NCBI GenBank assembly: GCA_963711565.1
Contig: CAVQEQ010000003.1
Location: 128,001-192,000 of the forward strand
Reading direction: 5' to 3'
Source of the DNA: an uncultured delta proteobacterium
Lineage (GTDB): Bacteria > Desulfobacterota > Binatia > Binatales > Binataceae
DNA: 64,000 nt
The notes beneath the pieces were generated by a model. The model saw nothing but the letters and a program-made list of their open reading frames with translations. It was not told the DNA's origin and searched no databases. Positions 1 to 8,754 of the stretch are shown one piece after another. Within the stretch, counting starts at the first letter, position 1. Each line of letters starts with the position of its first letter. The translations under genes and the position numbers were made by a program.

Positions 1-885
1 TCACATCTGGCGCGAATCCTTGCGGCGCACGCCTCCGATCCACGATCGGTTCATCGCGAATTCAGCACCGACCACGACTGCGGCGGCGAAATCGCGACCG
101 GTCCGATTAGTGAGATCCTCAAGCGCGGCGGAATTTCGAACACCGTCACCGCGCCTGCGGCGAGCCTGCTGCCATTCGCGCTGAACGGGCGCCCCGAGGA
201 TCGCGAAGAGGCGGAACTGCGGCTGGCGAAATCGATTCGCGAGGAATCGGCGCACAAGGACGCGCCGATGGCGCGATGGGTGGACCGCAAGATTTCCTGG
301 CGCATCAGCTACTGGCTCGCAACCCATACGCGCGCCACGCCGAACATGGTCACGGTCGCGAACACGATCTTCGGCTTGGCGTGCGCGTTGATGTTCTCGG
401 TGCCGAATTACTGGATGCGGCTGTTCGCGGCAATTTTCTTTTTGATCTCGATCACGATCGACGGCGTCGACGGCGAACTGGCGCGGCTAAAAATGGTCGA
501 GAGCGATTTCGGCGGCGCGCTCAACGTCCTCACCGACAATATCGTGCACGCCGCGGTGTTCATCGGCTTGCTGATCGGATGCTACCGGGTCGAGCACAGC
601 GGCGCTTACCTGTACCTGATTCCGATCCTGCTCGGCGGCTTCGCGATGTGCGCGTTCGCGACCTGGCGCGCTTTCAAAGTAAAGGGCGATCAGGCGGCGG
701 CGTGGCTGGACAAGGTCGATCGATGGAGCGGGCGCGATTTCGCATACCTGCTCGTGGTGTTGGCCTTAATCAATCGGATAGAGTACTTCGCTTGGGGCAC
801 GGCATTCGGCACTTACGTGTTTGCCCTGGCGCTGATATGGATTACCGGCCGGACCGAATCGTCAATGAAGGCTGAAAGCCTGTAG
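1..885 (+). CDS. CDP-alcohol phosphatidyltransferase family protein, 5'-truncated by the window edge
   Basis: Frame is open from base 1. DGVDGELAR...G-x3-(N)-x3-D signature, TPN motif and hydrophobic helices. The third motif Asp reads Asn at 523. Confidence 0.88.
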   Translation, partial: SHLARILAAHASDPRSVHREFSTDHDCGGEIATGPISEILKRGGISNTVTAPAASLLPFALNGRPEDREEAELRLAKSIREESAHKDAPMARWVDRKISWRISYWLATHTRATPNMVTVANTIFGLACALMFSVPNYWMRLFAAIFFLISITIDGVDGELARLKMVESDFGGALNVLTDNIVHAAVFIGLLIGCYRVEHSGAYLYLIPILLGGFAMCAFATWRAFKVKGDQAAAWLDKVDRWSGRDFAYLLVVLALINRIEYFAWGTAFGTYVFALALIWITGRTESSMKAESL

Positions 886-916
886 GAATGAATCGAGGCC
901 TGCAGGCGGAGGAAGT

Positions 917-2248
917 ATGAACGGCAAGAAGCCACGAATTCTCCTGGTGCAACCCACAACCGTCCACCTGGACGGCACGCCGCACAAGACGCGCTGGCGG
1001 TTGATCATGGGACTGATGATTCCGCTGATGGCGGGACTCACGCCCGACGACTACGACGTGACGCTGTGCGACGAGCGCCTCGAAAACATCGACTTCGACG
1101 GCGGATGGGATCTCGTCGGCATGACGACGACGATCGGCGCGTCGCTGCGCGCGTACCAACTCGGCGACGAGTTCCGCAAACGCGGCATCCCCGTGGTCTT
1201 CGGCGGCTTCCATGCGACCCTCCAGACTGAAGAAGCTCTGCATCACTGCGACGCGGTCGTGAAGGGCGAGGCCGACCTGGTATGGCCTGAGCTTTTGCAG
1301 GACTGGCGCGACGGCAAGCTCAAGACGATTTACAAAGCCGACAAGGTGCACGATCTGAAGAACCTGCCGCGCCCTCGTCACGAGCTGCTCAAGCTCAACC
1401 GCTACCTGTTCAAGGCGGCGCCGGTGCAGGCGAGCCGCGGATGCCCGTATCGATGCTCGTTCTGCGAGATTCCGGTCTTCTACGACGGCGCCTATCGCAC
1501 GCGGCCCATCGAGGACATCGTCGAGGAGATCAAGCAGGTCGTCAAGGTCACGGGCTTCCGGCGCTTCCAGTTCATCGACGATCAGATCACCGGCAAGCAC
1601 AAATTCGCGCGCGAGCTGTTCAAGGCGCTCGAGCCGCTCAACATCCGCTTCTCATGCCTGTGGACGATCAACTCGAATCACGACGACGAGCTGCTCGACC
1701 TCGCGGCCAAGGCGGGAATCTTCCACGTCAACATCGGCGTGGAATCGATCAGCCAGGACAGCCTGCTGTCGATGAACAAGATTCAGAATCACGCGAATCA
1801 GTACAAGAAGCTGCTCAAGAAGATGGAGAAATACGGAATCTACTACTCGCTCAACTTCCTGTTCGGGCTGGAAGAGGATCGTCCGGGAATTTTCGACGAG
1901 ACGCTCAAGTTCCTGCACGAGGTCAAGGCGCCCGAGGCGTTCTTCAACACCGTGACCCCGCGCGTTGGCACGCCGATGCGCACGCAGCTCGAGAACGAAG
2001 GCCGCGTGATAATCCCCGACGCCGACTTGTACACCAACAACTTCCGCTGCATGTTCGTGCCCAAGAACATGTCGCCGCAGGAAGTCGAAGAAGGCGTGTG
2101 GCGCTGCACCAAGGAGTTCTACTCGCTCAAGTCGATGTTCAAGCGGCTGCTGATGCCGCCGGGCAAGTTCACCTGGCAGGGCCTGACCGAAAACATGCTC
2201 TTCTACTGGGGCGCCAAGCAGCAGATCGATCCGGTTGATTATTATTAG
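917..2248 (+). CDS. B12-binding domain radical SAM protein
   Basis: N-terminal cobalamin-binding-like region (VVFGGFHATL, GEAD), CPYRCSFC cluster motif, FIDD and GVES motifs, GGAGG RBS. Confidence 0.9.
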   Translation: MNGKKPRILLVQPTTVHLDGTPHKTRWRLIMGLMIPLMAGLTPDDYDVTLCDERLENIDFDGGWDLVGMTTTIGASLRAYQLGDEFRKRGIPVVFGGFHATLQTEEALHHCDAVVKGEADLVWPELLQDWRDGKLKTIYKADKVHDLKNLPRPRHELLKLNRYLFKAAPVQASRGCPYRCSFCEIPVFYDGAYRTRPIEDIVEEIKQVVKVTGFRRFQFIDDQITGKHKFARELFKALEPLNIRFSCLWTINSNHDDELLDLAAKAGIFHVNIGVESISQDSLLSMNKIQNHANQYKKLLKKMEKYGIYYSLNFLFGLEEDRPGIFDETLKFLHEVKAPEAFFNTVTPRVGTPMRTQLENEGRVIIPDADLYTNNFRCMFVPKNMSPQEVEEGVWRCTKEFYSLKSMFKRLLMPPGKFTWQGLTENMLFYWGAKQQIDPVDYY

Positions 2249-2325
2249 GCCGCAATCTGTCCCCTTGTCGCGCGATGAGAGTAGTGCCTACGCCGGCTCG
2301 ACTTTCGTCCCCTCTCCCTTCCCCG

Positions 2326-2361
2326 TGTCATTCAGAGCGGAGTCCGCGGAGCGAAGAATCC
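2326..2361. repeat. REP/MITE-like element (TGTCATTC..GAGCG..GCGAAGAATCC type)
   Basis: Intergenic; resembles a widespread bacterial interspersed repeat class recalled from memory. Confidence 0.45.
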
Positions 2362-2371
2362 CGGCTCCTTC

Positions 2372-2412
2372 TTCCCCTCTCCCAGAATGGGAGAGGGTCG
2401 AAGGTGAGGGTC
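2372..2412 (+). repeat. REP-like palindromic element, left copy
   Basis: CCCTCTCCCA/TGGGAGAGGG hairpin followed by GGTGAGGG; 39/41 identical to the reverse complement of 3012-3052. Confidence 0.85.
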
Positions 2413-2449
2413 GAGTTAGGATGTCGCGTTCCGCGCGACCGCTTACCCG

Positions 2450-2500
2450 CCTCGCCCGCTTGTTTGCGGGAGAGGCCGCGCCGAAGGAGCGGGTGAGGGT
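2450..2500 (+). repeat. Diverged REP-like palindromic element
   Basis: CCTCGCCCGC/GCGGGAGAGG hairpin followed by GGGTGAGGG, same architecture as 2372-2412. Confidence 0.65.
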
Positions 2501-2572
2501 GATTTTGCGCGCGATTCAGGATTCTGGGCGTGCGATGACTATACAGAGTTCCTCTACCAGGCCGGCCCCGCT

Positions 2573-2888
2573 TTGATCTTAAGGACTCTCGGGATCCTCG
2601 TACTCGCGTCGGTGCTCGAGGTCGGCGGTGATGCGCTCGTCCGGATAGGACTCCACAGCTACGGATACTCACTGGCGGCAGGCGCGTTCACTCTCGTCGC
2701 GTACGGAGTCCTGGTCAATCAAACCAGCGTCGATTTCAACCGCCTTATGGGAATCTACATCGCGGTCTTCTTCGTGGTGTCGCAGGCAATCTCGCTGATA
2801 CTCTTCAAGCAAATCCCCGACGACAGAATCATCCTGGGCGGCGGCTTCATAGTCAGCCGGCGGCCTGTTGATTCTGCTGATGACCTAA
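2573..2888 (+). CDS. Small 4-TM membrane protein (SMR/YnfA-like), apparent +1 frameshift at 2855
   Basis: LEVGGDAL..YG..MGIYIAVFF pattern. Deleting A2855 gives the hydrophobic end IVAGGLLILLMT* (TAA 2886-2888). Confidence 0.75.
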
Positions 2889-3011
2889 CTCCTCGGTGGC
2901 GGCACTCTTCCTGGCCTCTCTCCATCAAGAGGCCTCTGCATAAACTTCGGCGGACACGCCCAATTAGAAACCAAAATCTTGAATCGCGCGCAAAATAGCG
3001 CGCTGCATAAG

Positions 3012-3052
3012 GACCCTCACCTTCGATCCTCTCCCATCCTGGGAGAGGGGAA
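3012..3052 (-). repeat. REP-like palindromic element, right copy (inverted)
   Basis: Inverted 39/41 match to 2372-2412. Confidence 0.85.
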
Positions 3053-3317
3053 AGAAGCGTGCAAAGGTCTCCTATCAGGGAGCGGCCGCGCCTCCAGCAC
3101 AGCTGAGTTGATCACGTGCCAGTCGCACCTATGGTGGATGAAAACCGAACACCACATCTGTTTTGCGTACACCATCGAGCCACCGCTGCCCCTGAGAGCA
3201 AAGTAGCGCGCCGCGCCCAACTTTGCGCTTCACACTGGGTGCAGGGCTCAGCCCTGCCGCCCGCCGCGCAGGCGATTATCCTCTCATTCTTTCGTTTTCC
3301 TTTCTCCTGAACTGAAA

Positions 3318-3337
3318 AACGTTTCACGTGAAACGTT
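3318..3337. promoter_or_regulatory. parS-like centromere site
   Basis: Perfect 20-bp palindrome AACGTTTCACGTGAAACGTT containing the 14-bp core of the parS consensus TGTTTCACGTGAAACA; intergenic. Confidence 0.72.
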
Positions 3338-3411
3338 GGGCTCTGGATCCTAAGAAATAACCCCTGTTTCGCAAAATGCGCCGTAATTCGCGCGCGTGGC
3401 TCGTCTCCCAG

Positions 3412-4257
3412 CTACGGATGCAGCACGACGTTGTCGATCAGGCGCGTCTTGCCGACGCGGGCCGCTATCGCGAGCAGGATCGGACGGTCGAGCGACGGAT
3501 GACGTGCGAGCGTCTCGGCGTCCACTGCTTCCACGTATTCAATTTCGACTCCCTTCGTGCGCTTGAGGACGCGGGTTGCCGCGAACACTATTTCTTCGGC
3601 ACAGCATGGGTCCGTGCGATGCTTGTCGCTGGCGGCGCGAATCGCGAGGCTTAGCGCCAGCGCGTCTTCGCGTTCGGTTGGCGAGAGATAGGCGTTGCGC
3701 GAGCTCATCGCGAGGCCGTCTTTTTCGCGCACAATCGGCACCGGAATAATCTCAACGTCGAAGTTCAGGTCGCGGACCATCTTCTGGATCGCGCGAAGTT
3801 GCTGAAAATCCTTTTCGCCGAAAACCGCCATGTGCGGCTTCACGATATTGAAGAGCTTGGCGACGATCGTCGTCACGCCGCGGAAATGGCCGGGGCGATG
3901 TGCACCGCAGAGACCGGTGGTTATTTCGCCGGCGTCGACCCAGGTCTGCGCGTCGGGCGAGCACATCGCGGCGGCCTCCGGCGCGAAGACCACGTCCACC
4001 GGCACTGTCTCGAGCATCGCGCAATCGCGCTCGAAGTTGCGCGGGTAACGAGCAAAATCCTCGCCGGGGCCGAACTGGGTGGGGTTGACGAAAATCGACG
4101 CGACCAGCACCGACGACTCGCGGCGCCCTTCGCGCATCAGGGCCAGATGGCCGTCGTGCAGAAAGCCCATCGTCGGCACCAGCGCGATCCGTTCGCGACT
4201 TTGGCGAGCGCTATCGGCGTAGCGGGTCATCTCGTCGGGCGAGGTGATGACGATCAT
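3412..4257 (-). CDS. panC: Pantoate--beta-alanine ligase
   Basis: VPTMGFLHDGH, SIFVNPTQF, GEKDFQQ, GLAMSSRN, RLIDN motifs; start overlaps the panB stop. Confidence 0.97.
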   Translation of the reverse strand: MIVITSPDEMTRYADSARQSRERIALVPTMGFLHDGHLALMREGRRESSVLVASIFVNPTQFGPGEDFARYPRNFERDCAMLETVPVDVVFAPEAAAMCSPDAQTWVDAGEITTGLCGAHRPGHFRGVTTIVAKLFNIVKPHMAVFGEKDFQQLRAIQKMVRDLNFDVEIIPVPIVREKDGLAMSSRNAYLSPTEREDALALSLAIRAASDKHRTDPCCAEEIVFAATRVLKRTKGVEIEYVEAVDAETLARHPSLDRPILLAIAARVGKTRLIDNVVLHP

Positions 4258-5093
4258 CGCGAGGCTCTCCTCGATTCGGCGTAACAATGTTCGGGCGCGG
4301 GAAACGCGTGTTCCCTGACTTCGCGCACGTAAGCGCTTGCCGCCGCCGCCGCGTCATTCCACAAATGCGCGAACGGCTTGGCGAAGCGCGGCGCGCACGA
4401 CTCGTACAGGCCGAGCATGTCGTGCATCACGAGCACCTGGCCGTCGCAGTCGGGGCCGGCGCCGATGCCGATAGTTGGAATCGCGACGCTGGCGGTTATC
4501 TCGCGCGCCAACGACGGCGGCACGCCCTCGACGACGATTGCGAATGCGCCCGCGGCTTCGAGTGCGGCGGCGTCTTCGAGCAGCCGTTCGCGGCATCCGG
4601 CGGTGCGGCCGGATTTGCGGCCTTGCACGCGATGCCCTCCCATCCGATGAATCGATTGCGGCGTCAGGCCAACGTGGCCCATCACGGGAATATCGACCGC
4701 CGCGATTCTCGCGACCGCGTCGGCAATCGCGACACCGCCTTCGAGCTTCACCGCCTCTGCGCCGCCTTCCTTGACGAGGCGGCCGGCGTTGCGGAGCGCG
4801 TCTTCGGGACTCACCTGGTACGAGAGAAACGGCATGTCGGCAACGACCAGCGCACGCCGTCGCGCCCGCGCGACCGCACGGGTGTGGTAGATGACTTCGT
4901 CGATTGTGACGGCCAGCGTGGTGTCCTCGCCGCGCACCGCCATGCCGAGGCTGTCGCCGATTAGCAGCACATCGACACCGCAGTTGTCGAAAATTCTTGC
5001 AAAGGGAAAGTCATACGCGGTCAGCATCGTGATCGGCTGGCGCGCGGCTTTCATGCGCGCGAGATCGGGCACGCGAACTTTTTCCTCCATCAT
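4254..5093 (-). CDS. panB: 3-methyl-2-oxobutanoate hydroxymethyltransferase
   Basis: MLTAYD, GDSLGM, ADMPFLSY, VKLEGG, GHVGLTPQS, TIGIGAG motifs. Confidence 0.97.
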   Translation of the reverse strand: MMEEKVRVPDLARMKAARQPITMLTAYDFPFARIFDNCGVDVLLIGDSLGMAVRGEDTTLAVTIDEVIYHTRAVARARRRALVVADMPFLSYQVSPEDALRNAGRLVKEGGAEAVKLEGGVAIADAVARIAAVDIPVMGHVGLTPQSIHRMGGHRVQGRKSGRTAGCRERLLEDAAALEAAGAFAIVVEGVPPSLAREITASVAIPTIGIGAGPDCDGQVLVMHDMLGLYESCAPRFAKPFAHLWNDAAAAASAYVREVREHAFPAPEHCYAESRRASR

Positions 5094-5121
5094 ATTCACT
5101 CTCACTCGCTTCAGCTGCTTC

Positions 5122-5158
5122 AACAAAAAATCGGGGCTGCCGCGCACCGGCAACCCCG
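5122..5158 (-). terminator. Intrinsic terminator/attenuator in the panB leader
   Basis: Minus strand CGGGGTTGCCG-GTGCG-CGGCAGCCCCG hairpin followed by TTTTTTGTT, about 30 nt before the panB start. Confidence 0.8.
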
Positions 5159-5167
5159 CATCAGAGC

Positions 5168-5293
5168 AGTCTCGAATAGACGAGCGCTCGAATCACTCGG
5201 AGTCCCGGTCCCGTTCTCGGATCCAGGCGCGAGCAGACAACGAACCAAAATGTCCTCTCAACACCGTCTCGCCGGGAAAAATCCTCGACGGAC
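5168..5293 (-). ncRNA. pan-motif-like cis-regulatory leader RNA
   Basis: Upstream of panBC. Stem CGCCUGGAUCC..GGGACCGGGAC resembles the pan RNA consensus as recalled; two further bulged-purine stems flank it. Confidence 0.65.
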
Positions 5294-5340
5294 CAATTCA
5301 ACTATATAGAGAAAGCGGGCGGGCGCGTAAAGGAGAAACT

Positions 5341-6198
5341 TCAGTTGGTGGCTTGCAGGGTGTTGGCCGTTACCGGCAGCGTTACCTGGAGACGTTTGCC
5401 GTCGCGCACGACGCTCAGGTAAATGATCTCGCCCGGCTGAAGGTCGCGCATGCGGTCCTGGAAGTCGAGAAAGTTCGTCACGCGCGAACCGTCGACCCCG
5501 ATGATCATGTCGTAGCTCTCACCGATTTGCATGATATCGAGCACCGGTATCAAAAGAATCGCGGCCTGCCCAAACGGAGCCATCGCACCAACCATCGCCG
5601 CACCCGCCAGCGCGTCATGCACAACGTGAGTGTAGGGATGCAAACCGGCGGCCGCCGCCGGGCTGCCTTTCTGCACGGCCGTGATTAGCAAGCCGTCGGC
5701 ATCCTCGCCGGATTTGAGCGTGCGCTTGGCTTCGCGCAATTGCATTCCGAACGGTGTCGAAAGCTCGCCGTCGTTGTCGAATTGCTGGAGGACCTGCTGC
5801 GGCGGTATCCCGCTCTGCTCTTGCTGGTAGCGCGCGATGTCGTTGCCCTGATTTGACGGATCCGAATCCGCGGACGGCTGCGAATCGGGAGCGAGATCCT
5901 GGGGCTGCTGCTGTGGCGTGTTGGCAGGGTTGGCGGCTGGAATCTCGGCAGTTCCGGGGGCAGTGGCCTCGATGTTGTCGAGCGGGGTCGGCACCAGGTT
6001 CGATGGAGTGCCGGAGGTAGAGCTCGAAGCCGCGGCAGAAGCGGCGGCAGTCTTCCAGGTCTCAGAGGCGGTGGTATCGGCGGCGGACTGGGCGGATGCG
6101 CGCGCGCCGGCGAACACAACCAGCAGCATCGCGGCGAGCGACGCGCCGAACGCCTGACTCAGGCGCGCTTTGCTAGTTAGCACTCCAGCGTTTTTCAT
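5341..6198 (-). CDS. Secreted protein with C-terminal PDZ domain
   Basis: Signal peptide, low-complexity linker, GLLITAVQKGSPAAAAGL...DMIIGVDG...VVRDG PDZ pattern. Confidence 0.8.
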   Translation of the reverse strand: MKNAGVLTSKARLSQAFGASLAAMLLVVFAGARASAQSAADTTASETWKTAAASAAASSSTSGTPSNLVPTPLDNIEATAPGTAEIPAANPANTPQQQPQDLAPDSQPSADSDPSNQGNDIARYQQEQSGIPPQQVLQQFDNDGELSTPFGMQLREAKRTLKSGEDADGLLITAVQKGSPAAAAGLHPYTHVVHDALAGAAMVGAMAPFGQAAILLIPVLDIMQIGESYDMIIGVDGSRVTNFLDFQDRMRDLQPGEIIYLSVVRDGKRLQVTLPVTANTLQATN

Positions 6199-7051
6199 GC
6201 TCCACCACGCGGCCCTCGCGCTCGAGCTTTTTCAGATGCGAGCGAATCGAGCTCGCGGCCGCAGGATGCAGATACTCCGGAACGTCCACGTAAATCTTCT
6301 TCACGATCGCCATCGCGTCGAGCGGTGCCGCACCATCGGCCAGCGCCTCGAGCACCTGGCGCTCGCGCAATTCGCGATGAGCAATATACTCGCCGATCTT
6401 TTCTTTCGGATTGCGGATGACCGGGCCGTGCGCCGGGTAAATCGTCTCGAGATCGAGCGCGAGCAAGCGCCTGAGCGAATCCATGTACTCGCCCAAGTCG
6501 CCGGTATCGTCCGGAATAACTGTAGTTCCCGCCCCTAGCACGACATCCCCCGTGAACAATGCGCGCTCTTCTTCGAGATAGTAGCACAGGTGATCGGGCG
6601 CGTGGCCAGGCGTAAAAACCGCGCGCAGCGTGGCGCCCTCGGTGTGGACGACCGCGTCGTGGCCGATGGCGGAAATCTCGCCGGCGGGAGCATCGTGGCC
6701 TTCCCACGGCATCTTGAGGACTTCCATCTCGCCGAATTTTTCGACGACCTGCTTGACGCCGCCCAGGTGATCGACGTGCGCGTGAGTCAGCACTATCCGT
6801 TCGAGCTCGGTGCTGTCGGAAAGTTCCTTGAGCGCAGTTTCAAGCAGGTCGGCGTAGATGGCAACGCCCTGACCCGTATCGAGCAGTAAAGGCCGCTTCG
6901 AGGTGCCAACGATGTAGGTGTTGGTGCCGGGGCCGGTAAACGGACTCGGATTCTGGCCGAGCACCGTCGCGACGCGCGGCGAGATGCGCGAGTAGTCCGG
7001 CATCTTCAGACCGATCATCGAATCGGTCACGACCCGCCCCTGCTTGCTCAT
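6173..7051 (-). CDS. MBL-fold metallo-hydrolase (LACTB2-like)
   Basis: NPSPFTGPGTNTY, THAHVDHLGG, TPGHAPDH, FTGD, PAHG motifs. Confidence 0.92.
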   Translation of the reverse strand: MSKQGRVVTDSMIGLKMPDYSRISPRVATVLGQNPSPFTGPGTNTYIVGTSKRPLLLDTGQGVAIYADLLETALKELSDSTELERIVLTHAHVDHLGGVKQVVEKFGEMEVLKMPWEGHDAPAGEISAIGHDAVVHTEGATLRAVFTPGHAPDHLCYYLEEERALFTGDVVLGAGTTVIPDDTGDLGEYMDSLRRLLALDLETIYPAHGPVIRNPKEKIGEYIAHRELRERQVLEALADGAAPLDAMAIVKKIYVDVPEYLHPAAASSIRSHLKKLEREGRVVEHEKRWSAN

Positions 7052-7078
7052 CAGACTTTCCCCTAACCCCTCGAAAGC

Positions 7079-7849
7079 CTAGCGCCGGTTGCGCTCAAAT
7101 ATCAGCCGGAGTCCCTTTAATGTCAGAAACTCATCGACTTCTTCAATCGTCTCGCTCTCGGGGGCAATCAGATCGGCGAGACCGCCGGTCGCGATGACGC
7201 GCGCCTTTTCGCCGCGCTCCTTCAGGATGCGCGAGACGAGGCCGTCCACCAGCGCCGTGTAGCCGAAGATCAGACCCGACTGGATCGAGCCGACCGTCGT
7301 GCGGCCGACCGCCTCGCGCGGGCGCACCAGCTCGACGCGATAGAGCTTGGCGGCATGCTCGATCAACGCGTTCATCGATACGCCAAGGCCGGGCGCGATC
7401 GCGCCGCCGGCGTACTCGCCCTTGCCGGTCACGTAGTCGAAGGTGGTGGCGGTGCCAAAATCGACGACGATCGTCGCGCACGCATAGCGCTCGTAGGCCG
7501 CGACGGCGTTGACGATCCGATCGGCGCCGACTTCCTTGGGATTCTCGTAAAGGATCGGCATCCCGGTTTTGATTCCCGGGCCCACCATCAGCGGCGCGCA
7601 ATGGAAATAGCGCTCGGCGAGTTGCTCCATCACCTGATTGAGGGGCGGAACGACGCAGGCTATCGCAACCCCTTCGGGCCTGACGCCGCCTTCGAGGCCG
7701 GCGCCGGCGAGAAGAGTGTTGAGGAGCGCGCCATGCTCGTCGGTCGTGCGATCGGGAACGGTCGAGATGCGCCAGTGATTGCGCAGGCGCTCGCCTTCGT
7801 AGATTCCAATCACGGTATGGCTGTTGCCCACATCGACCGTTATCAGCAT
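7079..7849 (-). CDS. coaX: Type III pantothenate kinase
   Basis: DVGNSHT, VGADRIVN, VDFGTATT, GGAIAPG, ATGG motifs. Confidence 0.96.
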   Translation of the reverse strand: MLITVDVGNSHTVIGIYEGERLRNHWRISTVPDRTTDEHGALLNTLLAGAGLEGGVRPEGVAIACVVPPLNQVMEQLAERYFHCAPLMVGPGIKTGMPILYENPKEVGADRIVNAVAAYERYACATIVVDFGTATTFDYVTGKGEYAGGAIAPGLGVSMNALIEHAAKLYRVELVRPREAVGRTTVGSIQSGLIFGYTALVDGLVSRILKERGEKARVIATGGLADLIAPESETIEEVDEFLTLKGLRLIFERNRR

Positions 7850-7948
7850 TACAAGTCTCCGTCCGACGGGCGTCGTCGATAGCGACGCGATCGGGCACAG
7901 ATAATAGCGCGCGTACCGGAGGTAAAAGAAACGCGCCGCGATGCGCGG

Positions 7949-8653
7949 TTAACGGTGGAATCCGAAAGACCGACCCGACATCATCATCGGCATCATCGGG
8001 CTGCCTGCGGGGCGGCTAAACGCGGACATCGTAGGAGGATTCATCCACGGTCCTTGATTCAGCGGCGGGAGCGCGGCCTGGGTGATCGGGCTGCTCATCG
8101 GCGCGAAAGCAGACGGGGAAACTTGCGAAGGCCGATTCAACCTTTGCGGGACGGCGACCGTGATCTGGTAAGGGTAAGGATACCCCTCATAGATCTGCTG
8201 GTTCTGATAGTCGTCCGCTGTGCCCCAATCCGGATTGGCCGAGCCGGAGCTGGCGCTGTCGTCATCGGAGTCTGTCGGCGGAGCACCCGGCGATGGAGCG
8301 TTGATGGCCTCGCCGTCGTCGTCGTTATCGTCGTCGCTCGAGGTGTCGCAGGATGCCGGAGCGCCGTCCTTGGGGCACGTCGCTTGTGGAATCTCGAGGA
8401 CCTGGTCGGCGGTTTCCGCGTTCTCATCAATAGCAGGTCCGGAGCGTTCCCAACTGGCATCGACGCTGGTGCCAGATTCGGCGACCGCGCCTGAATCGGC
8501 GTCAGCGCTTGAATCAGCGGGTGTGCTGGAATCGCCGGCAGCGCTGGGATCGGTGACCTCCTGTGAGAACGCGAAGCGCGGATTCACAAAGACGGTCAGC
8601 GCGAGCGCCGCGGAAATTGTGACGATCAATCGCGCTGGCTGCGTCCTGATCAT
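7949..8653 (-). CDS. Secreted acidic low-complexity hypothetical protein
   Basis: Signal peptide ending AFS-Q, D/S/P-rich body, extended -10 TGgTAGTGT 6 nt before the ATG. Confidence 0.7.
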   Translation of the reverse strand: MIRTQPARLIVTISAALALTVFVNPRFAFSQEVTDPSAAGDSSTPADSSADADSGAVAESGTSVDASWERSGPAIDENAETADQVLEIPQATCPKDGAPASCDTSSDDDNDDDGEAINAPSPGAPPTDSDDDSASSGSANPDWGTADDYQNQQIYEGYPYPYQITVAVPQRLNRPSQVSPSAFAPMSSPITQAALPPLNQGPWMNPPTMSAFSRPAGSPMMPMMMSGRSFGFHR

Positions 8654-8754
8654 GGATCGACACTACCACTCGATTCGAGGAGGGCCAAGGAGAAATCTGT
8701 AGTGCGCTTGGATAAGGTTTGCACGCTGGCCGCGAGCGGCTAAGATTCCGCGTT

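Noticed and set aside
3069-3198. 5S rRNA or SRP RNA
   Set aside because: Similar size, but the overall conserved sequence pattern of either RNA is absent.
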